Source: Rhodosorus marinus CCMP1338 (taxonomy: Eukaryota; Plantae; Rhodophyta). From it: 64,000 bases of DNA. This document shows, in pieces, positions 11,552 through 25,577 of the stretch. The notes under the pieces are model-generated. The model saw nothing but the letters and a program-made list of their open reading frames with translations. It ran no database searches and was not told where the DNA came from. The position numbers were made by a program, and so were the translations under genes. The first letter of the stretch is position 1. Every line of letters begins with the position of its first letter. The stretch spans positions 868,001 to 932,000 of the forward strand of contig JAMWBK010000010.1 in assembly GCA_029953675.1 (NCBI GenBank). The letters run 5' to 3'.

Positions 11552-11980
11552 GCACCTTTCTCGAAGTTCTTTTGATGAGTCAATTGACAAGCCGTTGCTG
11601 GTAATTCTAATGAAAAAATCGTGTAAAAGCGCAGTGAATTGACGCCAGCATGCGCCCGCACGCTGGGGAGGAGGCAACGCCATCCTCGACAACAGAATCT
11701 CGCTCTGGGACATAGCGGGCGGAAACGATGTACGTACAAGCTAAAACGTTTTATGTTGAGCACTCTGGGCAAACGCATAACTTGACAAGCCTTCGGTTCG
11801 GTTCGTGACAAAAATATAACAGTTCTGCGAACCAGGACTAACATAGAGCACGTGTGGAGTATACCGGTCTTCCAAACCCGTCTGTGCAAGTACAATCGCT
11901 CTTCAGCTGGTGAAGAGCGCGAATCCACCATGCTCAAGTAATATCATGGGCTTCCAGTTCTCAGCCTCACAAAGGCCAAT

Positions 11981-13194
11981 CTAGAGAAAATAGTCCGGAG
12001 TTCTTCGGGTTACGTGATCTTCTCCACGACGCGGAGCCGGATCGAATTGAAGGAATGTATAGTTTTTGTTTTCGTCGAGTTCCATGATGGCGGCCTGGAG
12101 TGTACATAAGATATTCTATTAGAGTTCGGTTGACTAGCATCTCCGCTCTGCAAGCAAAAATTCGTACCTGATTACCACATCGGTAACAGTAATTGGGAGC
12201 TGAGAAGATTGTCACAACGTTTCGGTCGTGGCACCAGCTGTATCCTTCCATAACAAGCTGATGTGCTCGGGCAATAAGAGTCACGTTGTTCGCATGGTTA
12301 AACTGATCGGAAATATCCTGACCGAAAGTGTACCCGGCCCCTCTTGGGGATATTCCCCAACCACAACGATCGTCAGGATCCGACCAAAGAACTGGTGAGG
12401 AAAAGTGGCAGTCAAGAAACGAACTAGTAAGGCACCGAAACAGAGCACAGGGCTGAGGTCCTTTGTTCAACGGCATTGTCATACGATCACACATTGGGCC
12501 TTCGTGTGGAACCTCCTGCACTCGATCCAACGCTCTGATCTGATCCAGCGTGTCAATCGACGGGGAGAGCCCGCCGTGGAGGCAGAAGATAGTGTTGTCT
12601 ACGAGCGCTGTCAGAGGAAGATAGTCGAACATGTCCGTGAAGTATTTCCAAACGACAGAATTGCTGTATTTCCGAAGGCACTCATCGTAGAAGCCATATA
12701 CCTGCGTGATCTGACGGGACTCGTGGTTTCCGCGAAGAATCGTTACGCGGTGAGGATACCGAACCTAGGATGTTAGATCCACCCGCAAAACAATTAGTTC
12801 CCCTAGAAAAACAAAATTCTAGTGAAAACACAGCAGCTCAACTCCCAATTATCCGCGGCAGGCCCACCTTCAAGCAGACAAGCGCAGTGACAGTTTCCAC
12901 CGAGTAGTAGCCTCGATCTACGTAATCCCCCATAAACAGATAGTTGGTGTCCGGGCAAGTGCCTCCAATTCTAAACAACTCAAGAAGATCATGGAACTGG
13001 CCATGAATGTCCCCACATACTGTGACAGGGCAATTAACTTTTTGGACATTCGATTCCTCCATCAGAATCGCCTGTGCCCTTTCACAAAGCGCCTTAACAT
13101 CATCCTCGGCCAGGGGTTTACAATTCTCAAGCATCAGCTCTTCCATGAGTCGCTCAAGTTCCCCGTTGGTCAAGGAAACCGTTGATGAAGTCAT
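11981..13194 (-). CDS. PP2A-C: Serine/threonine protein phosphatase 2A catalytic subunit, multi-exon
   Basis: [75 protein letters not shown], and C-terminal TPDYFL-stop at 11981. Confidence 0.97.
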
Positions 13195-16100
13195 CTTTCC
13201 CAACCCTTCCTCAACCGCTACAAGTACTTAATAAAAACACACCAACAAAATACAACATAAACGCTCTCGAGACCCTGCTTTCCCTCTAAACAGAAAGTCG
13301 CTGAGAGCCAAACAATCAAATCCCTCCCAAAAACAAACCAACAAACAGAAACCCTCACAAACCCATTCAAATGCGCCCCCCACCCACTCCCCTACCCCCC
13401 CAAGAACTATGAAAACAAGTCTTGTGAGCAGGACTCACACTACTCCCAACCCTCCTCCCCACACACACCCAACGTCCCTACGCCTTTCTCCTAAGGCAAC
13501 GACCGAATCCAACCCAACCCAACCCTCCAAAAAAAAAAGAAGATACAGCTCGAGCCCTCTTCTCCTCCTCCCCTTTCCGATCAATCGCCTTGATCAAACA
13601 TTCCCATTCACACCATGGATCGAACCTACCAATACCCCAAGCCCCTTCAAGAAGACGAATAATCAATCCCGTAATCACTTTCTTGCTTAAGGCCAAAAAC
13701 AAAAGAATTCCTTCACCATCCACGTAGGGCCAGGAAACAACTCCAAACCTTCGTCATCATCAAACCGAAAGAGCAAAAGCCGAAGGAAAAAAAGCAAGGG
13801 ATCCAGTACGCTTAACACAGATCTTCACAGCGGAGCACAACGAAACGGAACGAAATCTGTAGCTTTCGCTATAATGCGGGAGAGTTTAACACTTCACTCT
13901 TAACCTGTGCTCACTCAAACAGTTCTCCTTCCTCTTCCAAATCAACCACCACAAAAGCAAAAAACAAAAGAGACAGACGCACACCCCCTCCACACCCCCC
14001 CCATCGCCATCCTTACAACCAAAAACCTCAATAAACCAAACAAAAAACAAATAATAGCGCACCTCTCATCAGCATCCCGCCGATCAGAATTAATGCCCGT
14101 ATAGTTCTATATATAAGTCTATAGCTATCCTGAATAAGGACAAAATATTTAAAATCGTTCTTTTTGTGACCTATTGCTATTTTAGATAGTCATTGATTAT
14201 GATATCGACCCAGGTGCCGGGCAAAATTTCAAAAACTTCTGGGACTTTGTAGTTATATTATGAGTATGATCTTAGATTAAGATTTCTGTATGTTTGTTTT
14301 CGACGGTTTTGTTTCTGAATTTGAACAAGACGATATAAATTTAGATGGCCCTGTCCTTTTCTTTTGGCATCACAAAAAAAAGAAAAATGGTTTTGAGTTA
14401 GAAAAGTTGTTTAAAAACTTACTGCGCTCGCGGTGGTGTGTGGGCGGGACGGGTTCTGGGGGTTTTTGTTGAATTGTCTTCATGAAGGAAATTACGCAAT
14501 CGCGAAGCGGGACAGAAAAGGGAAAGGAGGATGTGTCTGGCTGTGAATTTGGATAGATTTCCTAGAAAATGTCAAAGGATGAGTTAGATTTTATACAAAA
14601 ATAGATTAGTGACACAATATATACGTCCGATGTTTCATGATTGGGGAGTTCACAAGTGATTTCGGCTAGATCACTGGAGCATGAAACGGGACGGTGGGTT
14701 GTAAAATTGAAATTTTTTTGGATCTGTTGTGCAGTCTACGTAGCAACGCAAACTGAGCGTGGGGAGGACACAGGATCCATGGCTTCTGACGGAAATAACA
14801 AAAACCATGATCGATAAGGCAGCTGCGCATTACCACATGCAACAGCACCAGACAGTTGGTTGATGATTGCGCAGACTGGCAGTAGTGTTATATTTGGTCT
14901 GACATCCGGCTGCGGGGTTCTGTTCTGCAAGCTAGTTGGACACGAAGGAATGAAGCACCCAAGGGCTATCGTTCGGATTCTCATCAGCTTCCCAACCTCG
15001 TCCTCGTGAGAAGGAGTTCACAGACTTGACCGCATCCCCAAACTATGCCCCTAGGTCTAGAGCTTGCCCAGAGATTTTCAGCCGGTCCGCTTCTCCCGGA
15101 CCGACTATGAATCGCTTAAATGTTTTGCATGGACCACAGAGCCCGAAAAAGCTTCCTACCGTAGATGATCAGTATTGGAACACGCTTATCTAATATTCAA
15201 GAGCTTTCGAAGTATTTCCGTGTTTATTGCCTTTTGGCCCAGGGGTTAGGTTGAAGTATCAAAACAGTATTGGTATGGAAAATAAAAATAAAATAGGAAG
15301 TTTGTGCCTCGAATGAACCGGTTGTATTTTTCGACGGTTCCATTCATGGCCGTCGACGATGACCTCGAAAATCTAGTGAAAAACAGTCAATCATAGTGAC
15401 TTCTCCGCAAGGAGTTGCGCAGAAACAAAATAAATAAGGACCTAGTCCTATTTGTGTGGAACCGCCTGCTCTAGAAAAGCATCAGCCTGAACCGCAAATA
15501 CACATTTGTGTAGGAACTTTTTAAGGCCTTGCAACAACACAAAGAATCATCCAAATCGGTCTAATATTAAAAGCAAACCAATTTAAAAACACTAGCATTG
15601 GTCACTACCCCACCGTTCAGGAAGCGCATCCCCCGAACGTCTCACATATTGATAAGCGTCTTCCTATTCTCCGTTCTAAATCCTCAAACCTTCGCTGGAA
15701 AGCCAGCAAGGTCATATTTAGTCAACTTTGCGATCTATTTACCCCCCCTCACAAGCTGATACAGTTTTGCGAGTCCCGACCGCCTCGCAGGCACTCCTAA
15801 ACCTGCCTTAATCAAGAACTACAACTCTTCGTTATGGTAAGAATTATAAAACAAAATATTTAAGACCGGACTGGACCACTCAGCGATGGGGGTAGTTGGG
15901 TTGATATTTTTTCAACCATTCACAGGTCAGTCGACGGAGGGCTTGGTCGCTCTCCGGAGGAGAAATTAGCGGGGGATTCCAGAATAAATCGAGTACTGTA
16001 TTGTTTAAGCAGGGTATACCGGTATAAGTTTAGTTTTTTGAGGTATCTTCGAAGTTTGTTCTGCAAAGGTCTATCAAGAATTACGTTCTACCGGAAGCAA

Positions 16101-17064
16101 CCGGTCATCGGCTCGCGACGGGCGGTAGCGAGACCTTACAGCCAAAAAAAAAAGAGGCACTGATTCTTCCTATTTTCGTAGTAGACGCAGGCTCAACCCA
16201 TCCACCCAAAAACTTCTCATAAAAAAAGAAATGCAAGACATCCGCCGGTTCGGTGAAAAAAAAAATCGTCCTAGTTCCAGACCATATAGATCTAGCAAAT
16301 CTAGCCTTCCGACTCGTTGGGAATGGTCGCACAGTTACGCGCGTTTCTATCGCTTGTTGTTCTCATATGATTGGTACATGTTTTGATTCTATTCCAATAT
16401 TTGTAATTAATTCCTTTTTACATAATATGACTTAAAATATCCAGCTCATATAGATTGAATAACACTTGAAATCAGTTATAATCTCTTGTTTTCATGAAAA
16501 TATTCGGACACCAAGTCAGTAAAGGTATATGATTGGATTATAAAAGTATTCAATCATTTACAAGCGAATTACGTGTGGCTTTTTTGGAAAGGAAGGGTCT
16601 CCGTGTTATTGCTCCTGATTGTATCAAAACTATGCTTAAAACGGCTATTATGAACTAGATTAGTGTTAGAAGTGGGAGTCCCCCACTTTGCAGTGTTAGA
16701 CAGGGGGGACTTTGGCAAAACAAAATTGAGACTGGAAACGCTCGGCACATCATTTTCTTCTTCTCCTTTTTTCTTGGTTTTTGTGTTGTTGACGTTCTGC
16801 TTTCGGTATTTGTTAGGCTGATGGAGAGGATGTGAGTCGGTCGGGCTGGTGCGAATGGGCCTGGTTGGTTTGGCTGGGGTTGGTGGTGGGGGGTTGTTGG
16901 GGGAAGCAGAGGCAGATTTTTCTGGGGGAGGGGGAGGGGGAGGGGAGGTTGGGGAAGTACGAAGGTTAAGGGCTTTAAGGGTTTTGAGAGGTGAAGCGAG
17001 AATTGTGTGTAACGTTGGTGTTAAACGAAGACTGAGTTTCAAGTGCACCGAGCATTTTGACAAG

Positions 17065-20000
17065 ATGGCGGAGACTGAAGTAGCGAACGGCTCCGAGGAC
17101 GTGCTGGAGGACGTTCGGTTTGATGATGACCCGAGCGCGAGGAAAAGGTGAGTGGTTGGAAGTTTTTATTTTTTGGGGGGCCAGTTTTCGGCTGGTATTT
17201 TCTTGGTTGTCTGGGTGAAACAGGAAGGATAGAAATTTAGATCCCTTTTTTTGCCGAACGAATGGCCATACCTCCCTTTTGCTGCTGCTGTTTGAGATTA
17301 TATTCTGTCTCGCATACTCATCTTCCATTTACTCGATCTAATTTGATGACGGTGTGCTGGTCATGCCTATTCTCTTCACAGTTATCCGCTGCAGTGGCTG
17401 ATTCGCGTAAGGGAGAAAGTCACAGAAGAGCATGAGTTGACTGAGGAGGGGTCGCAGAGTATTAAGCAAGCCACGGGTGACAGAAACCAACCCGTGAGTG
17501 GAGGAGCAAGTATGATGCGAGGATCTGGTCAACGGGGGGTACGATCGCCACAGGTGTTTTCCTCGGGGAATGGGGATACTGGGTTCAGACGAGTTGACAG
17601 TGGTCGACAAGGAGGAGGGGTAGAATTCCAGCTCAGTCGGGTGCGTATCTTCTCAAGAATCTCAGACCATGCAAGGTACTGCTCCTTTCTGCTTCAGATT
17701 GGGGGTTTACATGCTTACGGCTCTCCTTGATTCGACACGGCCTTCGAAGATGAGATTGTTTGTTTGAAACGGTCAATTATGAGAACGAGAGGAGTCCTAA
17801 AGTTCTGTGCAAACTGCGTTCCTCCTCTTCGTTGCAGGGATCGCGTACAACTCAGATTCGGCTACCACTTAATAGTTCAGAAGTACAGCGAGGAAGTATG
17901 TACGAACCCCCGGCGGAACAGGTTCCGATTGAGCGGGGAGAGAACGCGTGGAAACCCTCTACTGAGGTTGACAAAGTTGACGATCGAGAGAAGAATATAA
18001 AGGAGATACGATCTCTCCTGAACAAGATCACTCTGGACACCTTTGATAAACTTTACTCAAAACTGTTTTCAATGGACTTTTCCGACGAATTGGTAAGGAT
18101 TTCCAAGGTCAGAACAACGTGTAATCCCGCCGATTTGTTGCATCTGAACAGCGAGCTTGCTCTCCCCCTCTGTGCTCTGCAGCTACTGAAAGCCCTAATT
18201 GAGGAAGTCTACGAGAAGGCATTGTTCCAAAAGGCGTACGTAATTATGTATGCAGATTTGTGCTACAGATTTAACAAGGACTACCAGGACAAGAAAAAGG
18301 AGGAGCACAAAGGTGTCCCGGAGCAGAAGATGTTTAGAAAACAGCTATTGCAGCAATGCAAGAAGGAGTTTGACACCATCGCAAGCAAGAGGGGTATTGA
18401 CCTTGATCCTGAAGAGCTTAAGAACATGGATGAGGACGATCGGGTATGTCTTGAAGCTTGTGCAAACCTGGGTCTCCAGAGCATCATACGACTGTACCAG
18501 TCCGTGATATTAATAATTTCGCTCCGTATTCGTAGACCGCAGCAGAGATGAAAGCAAAACGGCGCATGCTGGGCAACATCAGCTTTATCGGAGAATTGTA
18601 CAAAAAGGGTTTAATTCCGGAAAGGATCCTTGTAGAGCAGTGCATTCGTAGATTGTTGGATAAGATTGAAAAGGACAAGGACGAAGACTTGATAGAATGT
18701 ATTTGTCATTTGTTCACTACTACTGGGGCTCACCTGGTGCAGGTATGAGCATAGGGCGAATCCCGGAGGTATTTGCGTTTCTCACGGAGCGAGACTAAGA
18801 GTTTCGCTTGCAATAACTGTGGTGGTGTAGGTGTGGACGAAGCATGGAACTGCAGAGAAGATAGACCCGTACTTCGAAAAGATCACAGAGCTTTCCAGCG
18901 ATAAGACCCTAGCCCCAAGAATACGTTTCATGTTGAAGGACCTGCTAGACCTTCGAAACGCTGGCTGGAAGCAGGCGAGGGCACAACCGGCTCAACAGCT
19001 GAAGAAAAGAGCTGAGGTCCAGCAGGAAGTCCGCGACGAAGAAGACACTAGAGTGCAAAAGCAGGCCAGCAGCTACGGAAGAAACGATCATAGGAATTCA
19101 GGCCGAAGACAAGGTTCAGTGCAGCCGCATGTCATGAACAACATGACAAGTCATTTACAGCCTCAGAGAAGCGCAAGCTACTTGCAAGGAAACCAGAGAA
19201 AGATGCAGGTGCCAACCAGGGCAGATTCCGTTAGCAGAAACAATCTGCAAGACGTCCGCTTAGGTCCCTCAACCGGGAAAAAGCCGTGGGGTAGCCAAGC
19301 ATCTAGCGGCGCGGCGAATCAATCGGTATGTTCTTGGATTGAACTGAGCGACATTGTACTCCAGGCCAACAAAGTCAACGTTTAAACCATGTATAGGAAA
19401 TGAGGCGTAGCATGACAACACAAAAAGGCGGAAGGGAGGATAGCAACGGTCCAGACTCGCCAAGGCGGTTGAATACGCTACCCAGCCGAGGATTGAGCGG
19501 TAGCATAAACGCCCCGAAGCCGAAGGAGGAGAAGAAGGTAGACGATGAGATGAAGCCGAATATTGCGGGGTTCGCTGGTTTGTCTAACATGTGTGGCTCG
19601 TTTGAATCAGGTTAAAGCTGAGGCTCTGCTAGAAAAGGAAGCTCTAGTAGCCAAAGCGAGGAATGTCATGCAAGAGTATGCGATGTACAAGAATGCTAAC
19701 GAGTCGAGACAGTACATGAGCGAATTCCCGAGGGCGCAGCGCGCGGATGTCATCAAGATATGGGTGGAAGATGCTCTCGAAGCTGGCACGGAGCCGGGAG
19801 TTATGGTATGAGGGAGAACATCCCTGCTTTTTAGGCCGAATTTGCTGTCTTTCAGATAGTCATCTGCGCAATGGTTAACGTTTTATGTATTGTCCTACGC
19901 AGAGCGACCTCCTTATCGCGGTAACGAGTGGCGAGTCGCCACCCATGTCGGCACCTGATTTCACGAAGGGAGTCAACAGCGTTGTGGAGGTGCTGGGCGA

Positions 20001-20414
20001 TCTTGAAATTGATTATCCCATGACGGGAAAACGTGTCCCCAAGTATCTTGCTCCCGTTTTCGCGTCAGGAAACGTTGAAGTGAAAAGCCTGGATGCACTG
20101 GGAGCAGCTTTGTCTGACGCTGGACCTCTCCTGCAGATGAATTTCGTTGTTAACCTCATTGCAGAATACAACGAGGCGAAGGGAGAGGTGAGTTTGGCTA
20201 CAAGTGAACAGTGCTCTTTTTGATGCGAACGCGGTTCTCACAATGCGTATTCTTTTTTTTGACTGATGATCTTGATCAGGATGAGGCGAAGACCATGTAC
20301 CTTACAACGAAAATGGACTTGATGTCGATTGCCAAGAGCTGGGATGAGAAGGAAGGGCCGGAGAAACTAAGAAGTCTGCTAGATGAGAAGAAGCTAACAC
20401 CGCTGCTGGCCTAG
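17065..20414 (+). CDS. EIF4G: eIF4G-family translation initiation factor (MIF4G + MA3 domains), multi-exon
   Basis: IRSLLNKITLDTFDKL, VYEKALFQKAYVIMYADLC, FRKQLLQQCKKEF, RRMLGNISFIGELYKKGLI, IECICHLFTTTG, IRFMLKDLLDLRNAGW; MA3-like exons (EYAMYKNANES.., DLEIDYP). The 5' exon assignment (ATG 17065) is tentative. Confidence 0.9.
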
Positions 20415-20638
20415 TGGAGCGAAGTAGAATGACAACAACAACGATGGATAAAACGTAGGAAAACGGACTCTATTATCTCGCGTCTCTTGATCAAACAGTG
20501 CCGTGAAGCAGTTTTGCATTAGCCGTGAAGTTTGTCTTCGTAGCAACCATACACCACTTCTGACCGGTTGAAATGGCTAACAAGAAGAGAAACCTTTCTA
20601 GAGTTTAAACAATCTTTCTGGTTCGTCTCTTTTACTGT

Positions 20639-22222
20639 TTACGAATTAAACAAAAAAAAAAGAGGTAGCTTCTTGTAACGATGCCATCTGCATCCAGTTT
20701 GTAGCACGGCGACTTGGTCCAACACTATCCTACATAAATACTGGGACACTACAAACGAGCGAGGATCGAAACTATTCAAGGATCCGCTACCAATGCCCAC
20801 AAACCTTCTAGAGGAGGCGACCGGAAAGGCCATCGATCGCAACCTATCTTGCAGCCAAAAACTGTGCGAGTTTTTCCACAGCCATGTCTGCATCGCCATT
20901 TGAGTTAAAGCGTCTTGATTAACCAGAGCGTTTCGGTTGACTGCACGTCCTCGTCCCAGTGCCTTATCCACAATCTTCTCTGCTCATGCAGTCTGCCAGA
21001 CTTAATCAAACATCTGCCCCACCCACAGCGTCGCGGTTAACCACATCATTGACTCATCGGCCTTATCAAGGGGGGTTAGTCCTTTCTTATTCGTGGTATT
21101 CATTCCCCCAGACCTGGCGTAATCCGGTCCATTGAACTGGGCGTCCACTGCAGACATTAGCTCCCTGATTGCAGCCTCCAGATCTGGACTTCTGTTCTCT
21201 CCACTCTCACACCAAATAACGCTTGCGTTCCTTATGTTTGGACGCCTCTTTGGTAAGCCAGGAAACGATTCGATGTCTTTCCCAAGGCAAAAAAGTTCAT
21301 GCAGGGGAGTATCAAAGTATTCGCCTCCCCCAACACCGGCAACCGCACGGTGACCAAGCAGCAGACGAATCATATCCACATCCCCATTAGAACAAGCAAG
21401 GTGCAGCGCGCTCCATCCTTCACCACAATCACCTCCCATTTGATTCGCGTCGGCTCCATGTCGCAATAGTTCTGCTGCGCATTCAATCTTGCCTTTTGCT
21501 GATGCCAGGTGCAGAGGGCTCCACGAATGGCTGTCCAGAACTGATGGATCTGCCCCGCCCTCCATCAGTATAGTCATCGCTTCAACATTGCCAAACTCCA
21601 CTGCATAATGAAGCCAGGTTCCCAGTGGCCTGCCTCTCCCAAGACACTCCCACCTAAACGGCAGAGGGAGATCATCCTTATTCACGTCCGATACCTGTCG
21701 ATATCGACATATGATCAGTTCTTTTTGACTGTGATCCTTGAATTCCAGATGTGCTCGGGAGGGAAAACCAACCTCTGAGATTATGACGCGAAGGGGAAGG
21801 TTTAGATTCCGCCGTATACACCCATGTACACGGAACATCCCTCCAACCTGCTCAAAGCATCTTTTCGCTTGCACTAAATGGCTCCGAACGAAAGGTTGGG
21901 CCAGTTTTCTTAGCCGCTGGCATGTTCTAGATATAACAAATAGAGATTGGGTATCATGCCAGAGGTCTTTCTCTCTGCACGCCTTCAAGCATCTGCTGCA
22001 TATAGTTCTCGTTTCATAGTCGACGCAATTCCGTCCGCAAATTGGCGTTTCGAATTTCTCCAGAATCATCTGCAGCAACTGCACGAAAAGATGTGCGCAA
22101 AACAAAGACAAGAAAAACGGGCAGCCGAGCATCAGTACAGGTAAGAGGACCAACGCTCCTCGCCGGTAGTACATTGCGCCAAGATCAAGCACACACAAAA
22201 ACAAGATCATTAATAGTTTCAT
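20639..22222 (-). CDS. Ankyrin-repeat protein
   Basis: Ankyrin repeats (TWLHYAVEFGNVEAMTILMEGGADP, WSPLHLASAKGKIECAAELLRHGADAN, WSALHLACSNGDVDMIRLLL, TPLHEL, GLTPLD). The last exon (20639-20971) and the true start are uncertain. Confidence 0.8.
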
Positions 22223-23634
22223 TCTCTCTTACATCATCATCCAAGTCCAACAGACCCCGAGACTGAAACACTCCCCCATCATTCATCTCCCCGTACAACC
22301 CACTAGAATTAAGCTCAACAACAAAAAAAAATTGCGTCGCTTCAAAAAGTTAACAAAAACAAACCTCAAGAAGATACAGCTATAAATACATATTCCTACT
22401 ATAAATCAGGATACCTATACTCGCCCTGTCCGCCCCCAAACCCAAACCCATTATAAACACCTCCACACCCATTCTTATATATCCATTCCGTCTAGACTGG
22501 CAATCTCTTTCTATCCCATACTTCCCAACCCACTTGCCACCAACCTCACCACAAACAAAAAAAAAACAAAAAACACTCTTCCTATTTTTGTCAAAGTTTA
22601 GGACATCTGTCTGCAGAAATCCAATCGTTGAACGTATTTTAGATTGTCCTCGTGCTAATTTGTTCCTTATTTTGCTTTATTAATACAAGCTTTTCCGTTT
22701 CAGATTTCTTTCCATGGTCGATTTTCAGGTGAATGGACCCGCCTTTGTGTTTTCTATATTTTGGATCATTATGGTTAGAAATAGTCTTTTTCTTCCCATT
22801 CAGCCCCGTTTTTAAGGAATCTAGGAGAGAGAAAGTCTACTCTGGTGCAGCTGTAGCCAAGTTCCTTTTACCGATCAATATTTTACTCCCAAAGAAAATG
22901 GATTGAAGTTCCAACTGGTCAAAAAGGACAAGCTGTCATGGGACTCACGCTCTTGCTTATTTTTTTTTTTGGGAAGAAACTCATAGCAACTGACAGAACA
23001 TTCGAAAATATTTTCATTAGACAGGGCTTCCCTGGGGAGCAGAAGACACCGAGTGGGACAGTGGATAACTCCGCAAAAATGTATTAAAATAAAAATGCTT
23101 TCGGTGTTGGGACAAACCGTCTCTCCAGAATTTTTTGGTCCCATAGAGGTTTTTCTTGTTTGACAAATGTAACATATTAGACGGACAGTCTGTCCTTGAG
23201 ATTTTTTTAGTGGGTTTTGTCCCAAAATGCGTTTAGCCTGGGTTTGAAAGAAATATCAATTGTTCTGTGAATGTTACCGTGATCGTACATGTCATCTTTT
23301 TTTGAGCTTAGCCGGCGATGAAATCTCTCTAGAAGGTCTCCGAATGATAATCATCACGGCGATAACAACCACTGAGTCTCTGCCAACGCCAAGAATTACA
23401 GGTTCAGCAGCGCCGCTTGCCTGAAAGCAGGGGGCAAGTCGTTTGCGGACTATATTTGTCATGGGGGTTGGTGTTGACGCAGCTGGCCAGCTGCGCCCGG
23501 GCTAGCACATTGCTGACTGTAGATATGACTTGTGACCTAGGAACGCAATCTATTGAAAACAGCTATATACTTTCTACTCTATTAATAATTAAAAACAACG
23601 CCGAGTGTAAAAACCTAACATCGAAAACGACTCA

Positions 23635-25577
23635 TTACATGCTCCACGAGCAAAGTTCGCTTCCTGTTAGCAGCGGAGTCGGTATTGGAGTTTCTGGGCC
23701 CTTAATTATTCTCCTAGGTGCGTCCTCGTTGTCCTCCTTGTTGTCCCCCATCTCGGTTGGTAGGTGTTGAACCCAGCTAAATGTGGGCCCGCGTTTTCCA
23801 CCGAGCCTCTCCGACTTCGCAGAGTAGCAAAACGCAGAACTATCAGCTGACCAAATCCGATGGCTCCTCGAGTATTGGTCTAAAGTGATTGTTTTCGTTC
23901 AGAGAGGGGAGAAACTTGTTAGCAAAGCCCAGGGGTTCTGTTGGCGAGACTCTTGAAGGTGGAAATCACGTACCAAAGAACGGCACGATCTGGGTCAGGA
24001 AAATTTTGCTTGGCGCGTGCTCCTCGAAACGAGCGAGGACGTTGCGTGAGAAATCGTACACGTTCCACCTACAGTGGTATTGAGAAATGCTGTCCATTGG
24101 CTCGCTGAGATAGAGCAGCTTTTTCGAATCCGGAGACCAAAAAAAAGCGAGCGTCCTCGAGAACGGTACGCTCAAGTTCACCTGTGCACAAGAACAGGAG
24201 AAGATTCGTTTGTCTAAGTGATCCAAAAAGAGTCTCTGCTTTCAATCTGCGGCGTTGTTTCAAGGGGGAAAACTTACGGTAAATGGAGAATCCTCCATAT
24301 TTCTCTGATCCTTCGCATCGAATGGACCATCGACGACAGTTAATTCCTCCGCTCGCTCGCCCCGAACAAGAATTGCGAGTCTTGACCCATCCGGCGACAT
24401 GGAGAAAACCGACGCTCCGTTCCCGATTCGTATCAAGTTCGCGCTCTCGCCGGTAACGATATCCGTGCACTTCAAGATGCTTGAGGTTCCGTCCTTCACC
24501 ATGTACAGTGCCTAATCAAGCAAAAAAGAATTCCGGCCGTCAGTATTTTAGTTCGATTCAAGCACAGTCCCAGCTCTCCCACTGTTGACTGGATCTTAGT
24601 GGACGTACTTGCGAGCCACCTTCCAGGGAAGGATTGGGGTGCCACTGAGGAGACTTGAAGCTTCCTGGTGATTCAGTGAGTAAAATGCTTTCCCTCTTTT
24701 CTGGAGCTTCGAATAGCTTGAAGCATTCAACAACAGATTTTGAGCCGATATGGGCAACCCCCCAGATGGTGTCAGTCTGTTTCATATCGTAGAAGAACGG
24801 TCTTCCCTCACCAAACTGAGGTCTCCGTTCGCGCGTTTGGACGTCCACGCATTCACAAGTAAGATCCCCATTCTTGCTTGACAGGTATGTCAATACGGTC
24901 CCACACGGAGACCAGAAGAAATAGAAGGGTGTCTCCTCGATGTTCCAGTCAACGACTAGCTCATTTTCAAATAGATTAAAAACCAGCAGCCGCCTCTGCT
25001 TGGGATCCACCACACTGACCTTGACAACAGCCAAGTAGTCCCCGGATGGGGACCACGAAGGCTGCTGATACGCGGAGTTCTTCTCACTGAACTTTGTGTG
25101 GGAGATCGGCACGGATCCGTCAGCGGCTGTTGAGACCACCTTTGTCACCGACCCCTCCCGCACGAGAAGATGGCTGATCCGATTAAGACTAAATCCGTTT
25201 CCCTCAGAGCGCTGCCTCATCAGCTCCCGCACACGATCTCGCAGAGTGGCTGCCGTTTTGTAGTCCTCTTCATCCAGGGCATTCTTCAGCGTGTCCCTCG
25301 CACTCAACAGTGGATCGTTGCTTCGCACGACGACTAACTCATCCCGCAGCCTCGCGGCGTCACCATACCGCTCATCGTTTACCGCAGCTTGCAGCTCTGC
25401 GTTCAGCTTAAAAAACAACTCTGGGCTCGTCTTGCCCTTCAAAGGCACCGGTGATCCGAACCCACCACCAACCCCATCATCCATAGAGCACTTGCATCCT
25501 TGGCCCCGACCACTATCCCGACGAACCCGACTCTTAAGAACCCCACCGATACCCACAAATCCGATCGGCACGTCCAT
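23635..25577 (-). CDS. Putative plastid-targeted protein: two UVR (UvrB/C) coiled-coil motifs plus TolB-like (PD40/WD40-like) beta-propeller; 3 or more exons
   Basis: N-terminus MDVPIGFVG...; LQAAVNDERYGDAARLRDEL and LKNALDEEDYKTAATLRDRV; repeated W/MSPxG/D motifs (QPSWSPSG, FFWSPCG, FSMSPDG, FFWSPDSKKLLYL). The spliced end reads FFDQYSRSHRIWSADS...ELCSWSM-stop at 23635. Confidence 0.75.

Noticed and set aside
20972-20982. CAGAGAAGATT match to the U6 snRNA ACAGAGA box (minus strand)
   Set aside because: Only 11 nt match, no flanking U6 similarity, and it lies at an exon/intron boundary of the ankyrin gene.
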